From Escherichia phage SME50: a DNA stretch of 64,000 nt. Of the stretch, positions 20,684 to 31,153 are shown piece after piece. The notes below the pieces were generated by a model. The model was not told the DNA's origin and did not search any database. It saw only the letters and a list, made by a program, of their open reading frames with translations. The stretch lies in sequence record MT887289.1; one strand, written 5' to 3'. The position numbers were made by a program, and so were the translations under genes. Each line of letters begins with the position of its first letter. Position 1 is the first letter of the stretch.

Positions 20684-21170
20684 AGGATTTGGCAATTGTC
20701 CTACCTATGGTCATTGGGTATCTTTATGTGGGGAAGTTGACCCCACTAAACATTTTGGCTTTGTCTATTTAGTATACTGTAAGAAAACCGGACAATATTA
20801 TATCGGAAAGAAACAGCTTAATAGCGTGACCAAAAGAAAAGTTGCTGGCAAGACTCGGAAGAAGGTAGTCACTAAGGAGAGTGATTGGATGACTTATGAG
20901 ACTTCTTCTGAGTATATTAAAAAAGATATTGAGAGCTTTGGAAAAGAATTTTTTGACTTTTACATTATCCAAACCTACTACACGAAAGGTGGTCTAGTTT
21001 ATGGTGAAGCAAACCTCCAACATAAATTCGATGTAATGACAAAAAGGATTGACTCTAAGCTCAGACTCTTCTACAATGCCAATATTGCAGCAATTAAGTT
21101 TATTACTAAAGAAACTTATGAAGATGCTGAAAAAAGAATCCATAAGGTAATGAAAGCGAATTGTGCTTAA
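20673..21170 (+). CDS. GIY-YIG domain nuclease
   Basis: 165 aa; FVYLVYCKKTGQYYIGKK resembles GIY-x10-YIG motif. Confidence 0.4.
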   Translation: MKIKGFGNCPTYGHWVSLCGEVDPTKHFGFVYLVYCKKTGQYYIGKKQLNSVTKRKVAGKTRKKVVTKESDWMTYETSSEYIKKDIESFGKEFFDFYIIQTYYTKGGLVYGEANLQHKFDVMTKRIDSKLRLFYNANIAAIKFITKETYEDAEKRIHKVMKANCA

Positions 21171-21176
21171 TAACTA

Positions 21177-21422
21177 TTGAGAGAGAATAAAATGTTTAAC
21201 AAAAGTAAAGCTGTGAGTCATGTAGCAAAGGTTGACAGCAAGATTGAAGAACTTGAGCGCATTCTTGCAAATGCCAGAGAGTCAATAATTAAAGAAGTTG
21301 AAGCTGTTGAATCTCAAATGCAGCACCTAATGCTTAAACGTCAAGAGTTACGTGAGCATCTGGAATATATTGAAACACGAGAGCTAAAAGTTAACAGATT
21401 TTTAAGGAGTCCGAATGTTTAA
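21177..21422 (+). CDS. hypothetical coiled-coil protein
   Basis: 81 aa. Confidence 0.4.
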   Translation: MRENKMFNKSKAVSHVAKVDSKIEELERILANARESIIKEVEAVESQMQHLMLKRQELREHLEYIETRELKVNRFLRSPNV

Positions 21423-22170
21423 CTCAAGAGAATCAGTAAAAAACTGGAATCTTCGTTGCGGAAACACCCAAAAGCAACCTTACAGTGATGAGTATTGGGA
21501 ATCTTTGAAATCCCAGTCTCTGTGTATGCTTGAAGAAGCAAAAGAGCTTGTAAAAGCAATTGAAGAGAAAGACCCCATTGAGACACTGGATGCTCAGGCA
21601 GATTTGCAATATGTTCTTGACGGTTTGATTTACCTGTCACAACATGACCATAACGGTGCTATGAAAGCTGTTTGCCATAATAATGACCTGAAGTATACAG
21701 ACGACTATGAAGAAGCTTTAAAACGTCTTGCAGATATTGAGAAGCGTACTGGTCAAGAGTGTATTATCAGAATGTCAGTAGTTGATGGTAAAGAGTGGTA
21801 TGCGATTGTCCGTGCAGCCGATGGGAAGATTATGAAGCAATCAAATCTCCCTAAAGTACAGCTTGGTGAATACATTGTAGAACTTGAAAGCCAAGAACTT
21901 TTTGTGGTAGTATCTGAGACATGCGTTATCTGCAAAGGTATTGTAGGTAGCTTAAAGGATTTGGGTGTAGATGGTTTTGTAGAAGTTAATCCAATTACCT
22001 CTAAAGCAGATAAAGATTTCTGTAAAGAGAATGGACTATGGATTGCAGATATTGTCTACTATGATGGTGAGCAGTTCCATGTAACCTCATACCCGAAACT
22101 GAATTATGATGCTAATAACCTGAAGTGCTGGTTAAAAGGGGTTGGTTATAATGGATTCACAGAACATTAA
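21415..22170 (+). CDS. hypothetical protein with possible MazG-like NTP pyrophosphohydrolase motif
   Basis: 251 aa; EEAKE...ETLD spacing resembles EExxE/ExxD metal-binding motif of all-alpha NTP-PPases. Confidence 0.3.
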   Translation: MFNSRESVKNWNLRCGNTQKQPYSDEYWESLKSQSLCMLEEAKELVKAIEEKDPIETLDAQADLQYVLDGLIYLSQHDHNGAMKAVCHNNDLKYTDDYEEALKRLADIEKRTGQECIIRMSVVDGKEWYAIVRAADGKIMKQSNLPKVQLGEYIVELESQELFVVVSETCVICKGIVGSLKDLGVDGFVEVNPITSKADKDFCKENGLWIADIVYYDGEQFHVTSYPKLNYDANNLKCWLKGVGYNGFTEH

Positions 22171-22474
22171 TAAAGAAGGTGTGGCTCAGAAGAGCCACTT
22201 CTCAAACTACAATATCTCTATGACGGTGTTTATGAATGACCCGTTACTTGAGAAGTATGGTGAGACTCCAGATACACTTCTGGATAATGAACAAGTTTTA
22301 AAAGCAGTCCTGTACAAATATGGGATTGATATTGAGAAAGAGTATTCCTTTGAAATCTGCCAACACAGAAATACTTTTGGTAAAGTTGTGATGGCTCCAC
22401 TCTTCATGGGTGTAGAAAGAACCGACTATGGTTGGTTATATCTAAAAAGAAACTTGGAGAAATACCGTGTCTAA
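22142..22474 (+). CDS. hypothetical protein
   Basis: 110 aa. Confidence 0.4.
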   Translation: MVIMDSQNINKEGVAQKSHFSNYNISMTVFMNDPLLEKYGETPDTLLDNEQVLKAVLYKYGIDIEKEYSFEICQHRNTFGKVVMAPLFMGVERTDYGWLYLKRNLEKYRV

Positions 22475-22808
22475 AGCAAAAAAGTTATCTTATGATGACA
22501 TTATCTCAGGTGCTAAGTTAGGTGTTGACAGTATCGGACAAGACGTTAAGCACGGAGACACAGTTATGTACTGTGATGACCGAAGAGGTAGAAGTGCAAT
22601 CTTGTTTGGAAGAATTGTTTGCAAGATGCGAGGTAATTACGTTGTTGCAGACATGGATGTGAACGTTACACAAAAACTTGAAACACTTATGGATGATAAT
22701 ACATCATCATCATGGTTCTTCCTGAATTGTATGCACACTTCTTCAGTCACAAAAGTAAGTGATAAGTTTTACGATATGTGGCAGAATGAGCAAATTTTCA
22801 AGATTTAA
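22467..22808 (+). CDS. hypothetical protein
   Basis: 113 aa. Confidence 0.4.
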   Translation: MSKAKKLSYDDIISGAKLGVDSIGQDVKHGDTVMYCDDRRGRSAILFGRIVCKMRGNYVVADMDVNVTQKLETLMDDNTSSSWFFLNCMHTSSVTKVSDKFYDMWQNEQIFKI

Positions 22809-22812
22809 ACTA

Positions 22813-22838
22813 GGGAGCCTCTTCGGAGGCTCTTTTCA
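22813..22838 (+). terminator. intrinsic terminator
   Basis: gggagcctcttcggaggctc plus ttttcat. Confidence 0.6.
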
Positions 22839-22854
22839 TCTGTAGGATTCAAAA

Positions 22855-25089
22855 ATGATTAAGACAATTAAAAAATCAAACGGTACAGTAGTAAGCTTTG
22901 ACCCAGAAAGACTGAATAAGTGGGCATCATGGGCAGATAAGCGTGGAATTATCTGGTCAGAAGTCACTATGGAAGCTATGAAACGTGTCTATGAGGGTTG
23001 CACTACAAAAGAGATGCACCAAGCCATGATTGATGTTTGTGTTGATAAGCAAACTCAAGAGTACTCAGATATGGCTGGACGGCTACTTCTGGGAATTATC
23101 TACAAAGAAGCCTTTGGAGGCTTTACTAAGGTTCCTACGCTGGTTACCTTCGTTAAAAATATGGAGAGAGCAGGACTTTGGGAGAAGATGGACTATTCTC
23201 AGGAAGAGCTTGAATACCTGCAAGGTTACATCGTGCACTCAAAAGATATCTCTTACGGTTATGCAGTCTTGAAACAGTTCAGAGACAAGTATGGTATCCG
23301 TGATATTAAAACTGGAAGATTGTTTGAGTCACCACAGTTTATGTTTATGGGTATGGCTATGAAAGCCTTTGAGAAGCAACCAAAGCACCGTAGGCTGCAA
23401 GATGTTATCAAGCTGTACACTTACCTATCTGACCTGAAGATTAACGCTCCTACGCCTTATCTGAATGGTTTAAGAGCTACTAAATCGGGTTATGCGTCAT
23501 GCTGTTTGATTAAGGCAAATGATACTGCTGAATCACTCGGTATTGCTGCAAAGGTTGCTTATGATATGACTACAAAGCAAGCTGGTATTGGTATGTTGAT
23601 GGAGACTCGCACTATTGGTGATGGTATTCGTCAAAATACTATTGAGCACATGGGTAAACTACCTTATTACAAGCTTGTACGTTCATCTGTAGAGGCAAAC
23701 AAACAGAAGAGTCGTGGTGGTTCAGCTAACAACTTCTACACTGCTCTAGACCCGCAGATTGAAGATTTACTACGTTTGAAGCACCCTACAACGGTTCCTT
23801 CAAAACGTATTAACGAGATGGACTACTCATTTGGTACAAATGATTATTTCTGGCAGTGTGTTCAATATGATACAGACTGGTTGCTATTCTCTTACAAGGA
23901 TGCACCAAAGCTCTATGACATGTTCTACACAGCATCTGCTGATGAGTTTGCTATGGCAGTTGGTCATGCAGTGCATTCAGGTGTTAAACACAGACGGGTG
24001 AAGGCTCGTGAAATTGCTAAACTGTTTATCCAACAGCGTTATGCAACAGGCCGTGTGTATCCATTCTTCACAAATAATGCAAACACACATACACCATTTA
24101 AAGAGCCTTTGAAGATGTCAAATCTTTGTATGGAAATTGTGTTGCCAGTGTACGGCTTTGAGAAAGAGACAGACCTTTACAGAGATGATGCTGTGAAAGA
24201 GGATGGTGAGGTAGCTCTTTGCTTCCTAGCTAGTTTGGTTGCAGGGAGAATTTCAGAAGATGAATACGCTGACGTTGCTTATTATGCTCTTGCAATGGTT
24301 GACTCCGTTATTGACCTTATGGACTATCCGTATCCGTCGATGCGCAACCATGTTCAGAAGCGTCGTTCTGTTGGTATTGGCCTTACAAATGTGGCTCATT
24401 ACCTTGCAAAAAATTACGTGAACTACTCTTCAAGAGCAGGTAAGACGAAGCTTCATGAGCTTGCTGAAATGCACTCTTACTACTTACACGAAGCTTCTTT
24501 AAGACTTGCTAAAGAACGTGGTGTACCTGAGTATATGCAGTTCACTAAGTATCCTGAAGGTTGGGTTCCTCCAAAGACAGCTAACAGGAAGATTGATGAG
24601 AAGCATGATGCAAAACTAAGATATGATTGGGATGACTTAGCACAACGTATTAAAGAAAATGGTGGAATCCGTAACTCTGTATTAGAAGCTTACATGCCTA
24701 ATGAGAGTTCTTCACTGGCAACTAATACGACAAACGGCTTGTATCCAATTCGTGACTTTATTTTAACTAAAAAGTCTGCAACTGGTAACGTACTGTTTAT
24801 TGTTCCAGATTACGAAGAGTTGAAGTATGTCTATGAAATTGCTTGGGATATTGACACCTTTGACCTGATTGATTGCTATGCAATTGTTCAAAAGTTCACT
24901 GGTCAAGCTATCTCTTCAGATTTCTATGTTGACTACGCAAAAGCTAAGAAGGTATCATTGGCTCAAGCTTTGAAGTACATGATTTATGCCAACTCAGTAG
25001 GTATGAAAACCATGTACTACCTTAACAGTCGCATCGGTGTAGGTAAATCTGCACTGCAAGACGCTTATTGCGAGGGTTGTGGTGTTTAG
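22855..25089 (+). CDS. nrdA: ribonucleotide reductase class I alpha subunit
   Basis: 744 aa; N-terminal ATP-cone (VKKSNGTVVSFDPERL); followed by nrdB and glutaredoxin. Confidence 0.9.
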   Translation: MIKTIKKSNGTVVSFDPERLNKWASWADKRGIIWSEVTMEAMKRVYEGCTTKEMHQAMIDVCVDKQTQEYSDMAGRLLLGIIYKEAFGGFTKVPTLVTFVKNMERAGLWEKMDYSQEELEYLQGYIVHSKDISYGYAVLKQFRDKYGIRDIKTGRLFESPQFMFMGMAMKAFEKQPKHRRLQDVIKLYTYLSDLKINAPTPYLNGLRATKSGYASCCLIKANDTAESLGIAAKVAYDMTTKQAGIGMLMETRTIGDGIRQNTIEHMGKLPYYKLVRSSVEANKQKSRGGSANNFYTALDPQIEDLLRLKHPTTVPSKRINEMDYSFGTNDYFWQCVQYDTDWLLFSYKDAPKLYDMFYTASADEFAMAVGHAVHSGVKHRRVKAREIAKLFIQQRYATGRVYPFFTNNANTHTPFKEPLKMSNLCMEIVLPVYGFEKETDLYRDDAVKEDGEVALCFLASLVAGRISEDEYADVAYYALAMVDSVIDLMDYPYPSMRNHVQKRRSVGIGLTNVAHYLAKNYVNYSSRAGKTKLHELAEMHSYYLHEASLRLAKERGVPEYMQFTKYPEGWVPPKTANRKIDEKHDAKLRYDWDDLAQRIKENGGIRNSVLEAYMPNESSSLATNTTNGLYPIRDFILTKKSATGNVLFIVPDYEELKYVYEIAWDIDTFDLIDCYAIVQKFTGQAISSDFYVDYAKAKKVSLAQALKYMIYANSVGMKTMYYLNSRIGVGKSALQDAYCEGCGV

Positions 25090-25402
25090 TTTTAATAACT
25101 ATGAGGGTCGTAAAAGACCCTCTAAAATTAACTTTGGAGAAACTATGAAAGACCTAATAGAAAAACATGAGAAACCAATATACTTGTTCTACAAACCCCG
25201 CAAAACATTATACTACGTGAGCAGCACAGGCATCATGATAAAGCAGAATGATGACTTATGGGTAACTGGAGCCTCTTACATCTCTACAGCAGATGGTAAA
25301 ATCTACGCAAGACCTTACGAGATGTTCAATGAAGAAAATTGGGAAGTTTTAGACAGAAAACAAGCCTTAGAGATGATAAAGAAAGGAGAAATCACACTAT
25401 GA
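25079..25402 (+). CDS. hypothetical protein
   Basis: 107 aa between nrdA and nrdB. Confidence 0.4.
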   Translation: MVFSFNNYEGRKRPSKINFGETMKDLIEKHEKPIYLFYKPRKTLYYVSSTGIMIKQNDDLWVTGASYISTADGKIYARPYEMFNEENWEVLDRKQALEMIKKGEITL

Positions 25403-26472
25403 TTAACCAACACCCAATCTTTTTAGGTGGTGAAAGAAAAACATTTGACTCCCTTAATAAACACTACCCAAAAATCTTTGAGCTATACAAACAACAAAAA
25501 GCGCAAGACTGGTCAGAAGATGAGTTCCCTTTTGAACAATCACGTCTTGATTTTGAGAGTGTGCCAGCATCAATGTCAGGTGTAATGCTTGAGATTCTTA
25601 AGTGGCAGTGGGAAGCAGATACCCAAGTTGCTAAGAGCTTAGCGTTTGCCTTTGCACCATTCATCTCTGATGACATTTATGCAACTGCAATTATGAAGCA
25701 GTCTGAGATTGAAAACCTACATGCTCTTACTTACTCGGAGATTGTAAGACAATGTATTAAAAATCCTGAAACAATCTTAGATGAGATTAACCAGAACATT
25801 GCTGTACAAGACCGATTAAAAACTGTGAATCGTGTTCTTGAAGAATTACTAGATGAAGGCATAAACTATCGACTAAGCTATGTCCGTGACTCACTTCTGG
25901 ACAAAGACCCTTTACACTTCCATAAAGTGATTCTAAAAGGTCTATTTGCAGTGACTGCACTTGAAGGTATTTCTTTTATGGCATCCTTTGCATGTACTTT
26001 TGCACTTGATGCTCAAGATAAATTTCAAGGTATTGCTCAAGCTGTCCAGAAAATTATGCTTGACGAAATCCTTCACACTAAAATTGATATTGAAGTTTTA
26101 AAAGAAACTTTAAGAGATGATGAGTGGCAAAAAGCTTTCCAACAAATTCTTCCAGAGATTAAAGTAATCTTAGATGAAGTAGTTGAAAGTGAAGAGAAAT
26201 GGTCGTATTATATCTTCTCCGAAGGACGTGCTGTAGTTGGGTTAAATACAAAACTTCTTCATGAGTGGGTTTACTATAATGCTGCCCCACTGTATGATAT
26301 GTTTGGCATTCCCAGAGATTTTGTAGCTCCTAAAGAACCACCTTTGAAGTATATGATTAAGAAGATGGAAATTGATAAAGAGCAGAATGCTAATCAGGAG
26401 CAACAGAACGGTGCGTATTTATTGAATACTGTTGTAGATGATTTGAATAGTGGATTTTTAGAGGTTCCTTAA
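25399..26472 (+). CDS. nrdB: ribonucleotide reductase class I beta subunit
   Basis: about 357 aa from ATG 25399 (RBS aaaggag upstream); tracked ORF 25339.. is probably an N-terminal over-extension. Confidence 0.8.
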   Translation: MINQHPIFLGGERKTFDSLNKHYPKIFELYKQQKAQDWSEDEFPFEQSRLDFESVPASMSGVMLEILKWQWEADTQVAKSLAFAFAPFISDDIYATAIMKQSEIENLHALTYSEIVRQCIKNPETILDEINQNIAVQDRLKTVNRVLEELLDEGINYRLSYVRDSLLDKDPLHFHKVILKGLFAVTALEGISFMASFACTFALDAQDKFQGIAQAVQKIMLDEILHTKIDIEVLKETLRDDEWQKAFQQILPEIKVILDEVVESEEKWSYYIFSEGRAVVGLNTKLLHEWVYYNAAPLYDMFGIPRDFVAPKEPPLKYMIKKMEIDKEQNANQEQQNGAYLLNTVVDDLNSGFLEVP

Positions 26473-26714
26473 TGACTTATGTAATTTACTCCAAAACTGG
26501 ATGCCCTCAGTGTGAGACTGCAAAGAATTTTGCAAAAGCTCGTGGTATTGACCATGTTGTGAGAATGTTGGGGCAGGATTATGAACTGTCAGACCTGATT
26601 GATATTGCACAGATGCCAGTTCGTCAGATGCCATTCATCATGAAAACTGACGGTCAAAACCTAAAACCTGTTGGAACGCTACAGAATTTTATGGCAGAGG
26701 TGAATAATGCTTAA
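26472..26714 (+). CDS. glutaredoxin-like redoxin
   Basis: 80 aa; CPQC active site at N-terminus; adjacent to nrdAB. Confidence 0.6.
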   Translation: MTYVIYSKTGCPQCETAKNFAKARGIDHVVRMLGQDYELSDLIDIAQMPVRQMPFIMKTDGQNLKPVGTLQNFMAEVNNA

Positions 26715-26913
26715 ACGCCTTTGGGAAGGTTTGGTTGTTGATGCACCAGCTATTGTGATTGGTATGCTTGTTGTTAACCTATTTACTGATTTTGAACAAG
26801 GTTCGTTGTTCGGAGCCATGTTACTATGGGTTATCTTTGAAATATTAGAAATACAGTTAGGCATCACTGAAAAACTAAGAGAACTTGTTTCGAAGTTTTC
26901 TAAAAAGATTTAA
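26707..26913 (+). CDS. small membrane protein
   Basis: 68 aa; two hydrophobic segments. Confidence 0.35.
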   Translation: MLKRLWEGLVVDAPAIVIGMLVVNLFTDFEQGSLFGAMLLWVIFEILEIQLGITEKLRELVSKFSKKI

Positions 26914-26917
26914 AATG

Positions 26918-26943
26918 AAAGGGTCTCTTCGGAGACCTTTTTA
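26918..26943 (+). terminator. intrinsic terminator
   Basis: aaagggtctcttcggagaccttt plus tt. Confidence 0.6.
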
Positions 26944-26961
26944 GCATGTAAAGGGGCAATA

Positions 26962-28158
26962 ATGAACAAAGTACAGATTATTAAAAAGAACGGCTCACTT
27001 GAAGAACCTGATATCAAAAAAGTTTTAGCAGCAGTAACTAAGTCAGCTAACAGAGTTGGGTATAAAGAACTCCCACCAGATGTTACCCAAGCTCTTGAGT
27101 CAGCATTTATGAGGATTCTGGTAAAGTCCACTAAGCAGAATAATTTGCTCATCTCGGTAAACGATATTCACAGTATTGTTGAAGGTGCTTTGGCAGAAGT
27201 CAATCACGAGATTTATGAGTCTTACTCAACATACAGAAATTACCGTAAAGAGGTTGCTCAAAATTGGGATGAGCTTTACCAAAAGACTAAAGACACACTC
27301 TTCTTAGGTGACCGTGAAAACGCTAACTTTGACAGTAGTTTAATTTCTACAAAAGGCTCAATTATTCGTGGTTACCTGACTAAAGAAATCTTTAAACAGT
27401 ACCATTTAACACCAGAGGAACTTGAAGCCATTGAAAAAGGGTTTATCTACATCCATGACTTAAGAGACCTAATTTTTGGTGGGATTAACTGTTGCCTGTT
27501 CGACATTGGTAAAGTACTGAAAGGTGGCTTTGAAATGTCTGGCATCGAATACTGTGAACCAAAGTCTGTACTGTCAGCCTTACAAGTTATCGGTGATGTA
27601 GTTCTTTCAGCAACTGCACAGCAATTTGGTGGATTTACTTTAGCAGAGATTGATAAGGTGCTTGTACCGTATGCTAAGAAGTCTCTACGCTATCATGCTG
27701 AGAAAGCAGCATCTTACGGTATTCCTAAAGAACATTACCATAATTATGTCATGGAGCAGCTACAGATTGAATTAACTCAAGGTTTCCAGTCACTAGAGAT
27801 GAAGCTAAATACTGTACCTTGCAGCCGTGGTGATTTCGCATTCACAACTTTAACATTTGGTTTACTTGACTCAGACATGTCTAATGAAGACAACCGACTA
27901 CAATACATGATTGCAAACACCATTCTTGATGTTCGCATGAATGGACAAGGTAAGAGCAAGAAGCCTGTTGTATTCCCTAAACTGGTTTATATTCATGACC
28001 AGAAGAGACACGATGAGAATATCTGTCAAGGTCAACTGTACAGTAAAGCTATTGAGTGTTGCTCTAAAGCAATGTATCCAGATTTCTTAAGCGTATCTGG
28101 TCATGGTGCTGTAGCAGAGGCTTTTGAGCGTTCTGGCAAGGTCATTTCACCGATGGGT
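26962..28158 (+). CDS. nrdD: anaerobic ribonucleotide reductase, exon 1
   Basis: N-terminal ATP-cone; reading frame ends ...KVISPMG then stop; last exon nt is T. Confidence 0.8.
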
Positions 28159-28900
28159 TAACAAGCTCTATAGCTCATCTAAAACGTGCCTAAACAGGGA
28201 AACTCTACAGGTGTAGACAATCCTGTGCTAAATGATGTACGATGTAAGAAACTATATAAAATAGGAGTATTACATGCCAAATTATCATGTTACTGAGGAC
28301 GGAAGAGTCTTTAGGAAAAATGGTGTAGAACTTACGCAGTGGAAATCCAACACTGGTTATATGAAAGTAAGGTTTTATGGAAGGAAGAATCGTGACATGT
28401 ATGTCCATAGGTTAGTTGCTGAAAAGTATGTACCTAACCCTAACAATCTTCCAATTGTAAAACACAAAGATGATAACAAACTGAACAACCATGCTTCTAA
28501 CTTAGAATGGGGAACTCATTCTGAGAATGTTAAAGAAGGCTATGAGAATGGTTGCTACAAGTTTTGTAAGCGTTCATATGCTGTGAAGGCTACACATAAA
28601 GTGACAAAAGAAGTTATTGTTGCTAAGTCAATACGAGAGTTATCTAATGTACTTGGGTATAATCGCAAGACTATCTCTTCAATATTGAAGGGTGTAAAAG
28701 AGTATAATAACTTTGAACATGATTTTGAGTACATTTAAATGCCGAACGACTAACCGTGATGAATGTAGCGGTGTAGGGTCAAGCGACTCGAAATGGTACG
28801 CTACTTAGAAATAAGTAGAAGATATAGTCTGGACTTACTGGTGACAGTAAGCAGCTTGAATAAAGCGGGGTAAGCGTAGCGAACTTACCTGAACAACAAG
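28159..28900 (+). mobile_element. group I intron in nrdD carrying an HNH homing endonuclease
   Basis: exon 1 ends in U, intron ends in G; joining 28158 to 28901 restores in-frame ...SPMG-CRAFLSPYLNEDGEEFYVGR...; in-frame stop at 28877 upstream of exon 2. Confidence 0.75.
28274..28738 (+). CDS. HNH homing endonuclease (intron-encoded)
   Basis: 154 aa; HRLVAEKYVPNPNNLPIVKHKDDNKLNNHASNLEWGTHSEN resembles HNH motif. Confidence 0.7.
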   Translation: MPNYHVTEDGRVFRKNGVELTQWKSNTGYMKVRFYGRKNRDMYVHRLVAEKYVPNPNNLPIVKHKDDNKLNNHASNLEWGTHSENVKEGYENGCYKFCKRSYAVKATHKVTKEVIVAKSIRELSNVLGYNRKTISSILKGVKEYNNFEHDFEYI

Positions 28901-29848
28901 TGTAGAGCGTTTTTATCACCATATCTTAATGAGGATGGGGAAGAGTTCTATGTTGGTCGTGCTAACATTGGTGCTGTATCTTTGAACTTGCCTATGATTT
29001 ACCAGTATTCTAAAGAGAATGGTTTAGATTTCTGGAAAGAGCTTGATAAGTACCTAGAGATGATTCGCAGCTTCCACAAGAAACGCTACGAAATGATTGC
29101 TAATATGCCAGCAAGTTCTAACCCTCTTGCATTCACACAAGGTGGTCTGTACAAAGGGACTAAGAAACCTACTGATAAGGTTGGTTGGGATATTGTGAAG
29201 TCTTTCACAGCTTCTTTTGGGGTTACTGCTCTTGATGAGTTGTCGGTTCTTGCTGAGGGTAAACGACTCCATGAAGTTGGAAGCTATAGTTTTGCATACG
29301 ATGTTCTGGCATACATTAACATGAAAACTGAGGAGTTTAAAAATGAAGATGGCTTCTTATATGCCGTCTATGGTACTCCAGCAGAATCACTTTGCGGGAC
29401 TCAGCTAAAACAGTTCAGAGATATGTTTGGCGTTATCAAAGGTGTTTCTGATAAGGAATACTTTACAAACAGTTTCCATATGAATGTTGCAGCGGATATC
29501 TCACCATTTGAGAAGCAGGACTTAGAAGAACCATTCTTCCATATCTGTAGAGGCGGCAGAATCCAGTATGTGAGGGTAGCTAACCCAGAAAACTTACCAG
29601 CACTTAAAAGTTGTATTACAAGAGGCATGTTGAAGGGTTTTTATCAGGGACTTAACTTTGACTTAGCAATCTGTGAACATTGTGGTAACAGACCAAAGGC
29701 TGATGTTGAAGAATGTGAGGTTTGCCATTCACATGACATCTCTGTGATTAACAGGGTGTGTGGTTATCTTGGATGGACTAAGATTAAAGGTGAATCACGA
29801 ATGAACGATGCAAAAATTGCTGAGATTCGTGACAGGGTTTCTATGTAA
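28901..29848 (+). CDS. nrdD: anaerobic ribonucleotide reductase, exon 2
   Basis: C-terminal glycyl-radical motif RVCGYLG and CxxC zinc site (CEHCGN...CEVCHSH). Confidence 0.8.
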   Translation, partial: CRAFLSPYLNEDGEEFYVGRANIGAVSLNLPMIYQYSKENGLDFWKELDKYLEMIRSFHKKRYEMIANMPASSNPLAFTQGGLYKGTKKPTDKVGWDIVKSFTASFGVTALDELSVLAEGKRLHEVGSYSFAYDVLAYINMKTEEFKNEDGFLYAVYGTPAESLCGTQLKQFRDMFGVIKGVSDKEYFTNSFHMNVAADISPFEKQDLEEPFFHICRGGRIQYVRVANPENLPALKSCITRGMLKGFYQGLNFDLAICEHCGNRPKADVEECEVCHSHDISVINRVCGYLGWTKIKGESRMNDAKIAEIRDRVSM

Positions 29849-30002
29849 AACTTGACAAGGTGGTGTGAGTCTTGATAGGCTTACATCACCTTTTTTATTG
29901 GATGTTAGATATGGCAGAGAGCATCATGGGCCTGTTCATAGGTTCTGTCTTACTGGGGTTCTTTTTAGGACTCTCTTATTGTGAGTTGAGAGATAAGTTA
30001 AA

Positions 30003-30203
30003 ATGTTTAAAATATCAAAAACGTTGATATACATACTTCACATTCTAATCTTCTTTTTTGGAGTTAGTGTTATGGTATGGGGTTTTTCAGACCCACAATG
30101 GAGTTTCGCATATCATGGTCAGATGGATTTATGGTCATGCTTCAAACCATTTTTAGGGTTAGCTATAGCATTCAGTGCATTACCAACTAGGGTGAAATTA
30201 TGA
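30003..30203 (+). CDS. small membrane protein
   Basis: 66 aa; two hydrophobic helices. Confidence 0.4.
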   Translation: MFKISKTLIYILHILIFFFGVSVMVWGFSDPQWSFAYHGQMDLWSCFKPFLGLAIAFSALPTRVKL

Positions 30204-30595
30204 TTAAGTTGAACCAAAAACAGTTAGAGTGGGTTAAAGACTACGCCTCAGAGTGTGGCTCTTGCGAAAAGAATCACGTAAGATACTCAACATTCCATAC
30301 AGTCTTCACATTGTACATCAGCGACAATGTTCTAAGTGATTCCGTGGAAGACGGTGTAGCGTTACCTAATGAGTTACTTGATAAACTAGCTGTAGTCACT
30401 GGAACTTGGTCTGAAGAAGACGGTCATGAATTATCTGATGATATTGTCTTCTACACTCTTGAAAACATCATGAATCCAGAGTACATTATGCTAATGACTT
30501 GTGCACAAGACTGTGTGCCATTACAAAACTTCATTAAAGAACACTGTGAAGAATTTATTACTAAACAGGTTCCTTGTCAGGTTGTGTTTGAATAA
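30200..30595 (+). CDS. hypothetical protein
   Basis: 131 aa. Confidence 0.45.
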   Translation: MIKLNQKQLEWVKDYASECGSCEKNHVRYSTFHTVFTLYISDNVLSDSVEDGVALPNELLDKLAVVTGTWSEEDGHELSDDIVFYTLENIMNPEYIMLMTCAQDCVPLQNFIKEHCEEFITKQVPCQVVFE

Positions 30596-30630
30596 GTAAA
30601 ACAATTAAATAATATTGGTGAGGTAACTAG

Positions 30631-31116
30631 ATGAATTACATGGAGATTCGACCATTCGACACAGCTAATGGTGAAGGGGTTCGTGTAAGCCTCTTCGTAG
30701 CTGGCTGCAAACATCACTGTGAAGGCTGCTTTAACAGGGAGTCTTGGAAGTTTAATGCTGGTAAAGAGTTTACTTATGCAAACCTCTACGGCATCATTAA
30801 ATTAATGGATGATGAGGCCATCAGTGGGTTGTCAATACTTGGTGGAGAACCTCTTGATGACAGAAACATTCAAGAAGTCACCAACATATGTAAACGTATT
30901 AAAACTGTTTACCCAGAAAAGTCTATCTGGCTCTGGACAGGTTTTCAGTTACACGAAAAAATTCATCTAGATGTGATGAAATATGTTGACGTGGTGATTG
31001 ATGGTAAGTATGATTCTTCTAAACCAACAGTTAAACCATATCGTGGTTCTGATAACCAAAACCTCTGGAGAAAAGAGTATGGATGGCAAGGCGATTGTCA
31101 ATGGCGAGCAGAGTAA
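30631..31116 (+). CDS. nrdG: anaerobic ribonucleotide reductase activating protein (radical SAM)
   Basis: 161 aa; CxxxCxxC as AGCKHHCEGCFN; downstream of nrdD. Confidence 0.8.
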   Translation: MNYMEIRPFDTANGEGVRVSLFVAGCKHHCEGCFNRESWKFNAGKEFTYANLYGIIKLMDDEAISGLSILGGEPLDDRNIQEVTNICKRIKTVYPEKSIWLWTGFQLHEKIHLDVMKYVDVVIDGKYDSSKPTVKPYRGSDNQNLWRKEYGWQGDCQWRAE

Positions 31117-31153
31117 ATCTCGTCGTAAAATTGGCTACGGAAAAGGTGAGATA

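Noticed and set aside
25339-25398. N-terminal 20 codons of tracked nrdB ORF
   Set aside because: Overlap upstream ORF; ATG at 25399 has RBS aaaggag and gives a typical NrdB N-terminus.
26962-29848. nrdD as a pseudogene or two separate genes
   Set aside because: Exon boundary nucleotides (U at exon end, G at intron end) and the in-frame conserved junction SPMG-CR support a group I intron instead.
30998-31153. N-terminal 52 codons of tracked ORF 30998..31456
   Set aside because: Overlap the 3' end of nrdG in another frame; an internal ATG at 31154 with a good RBS is the more likely start.
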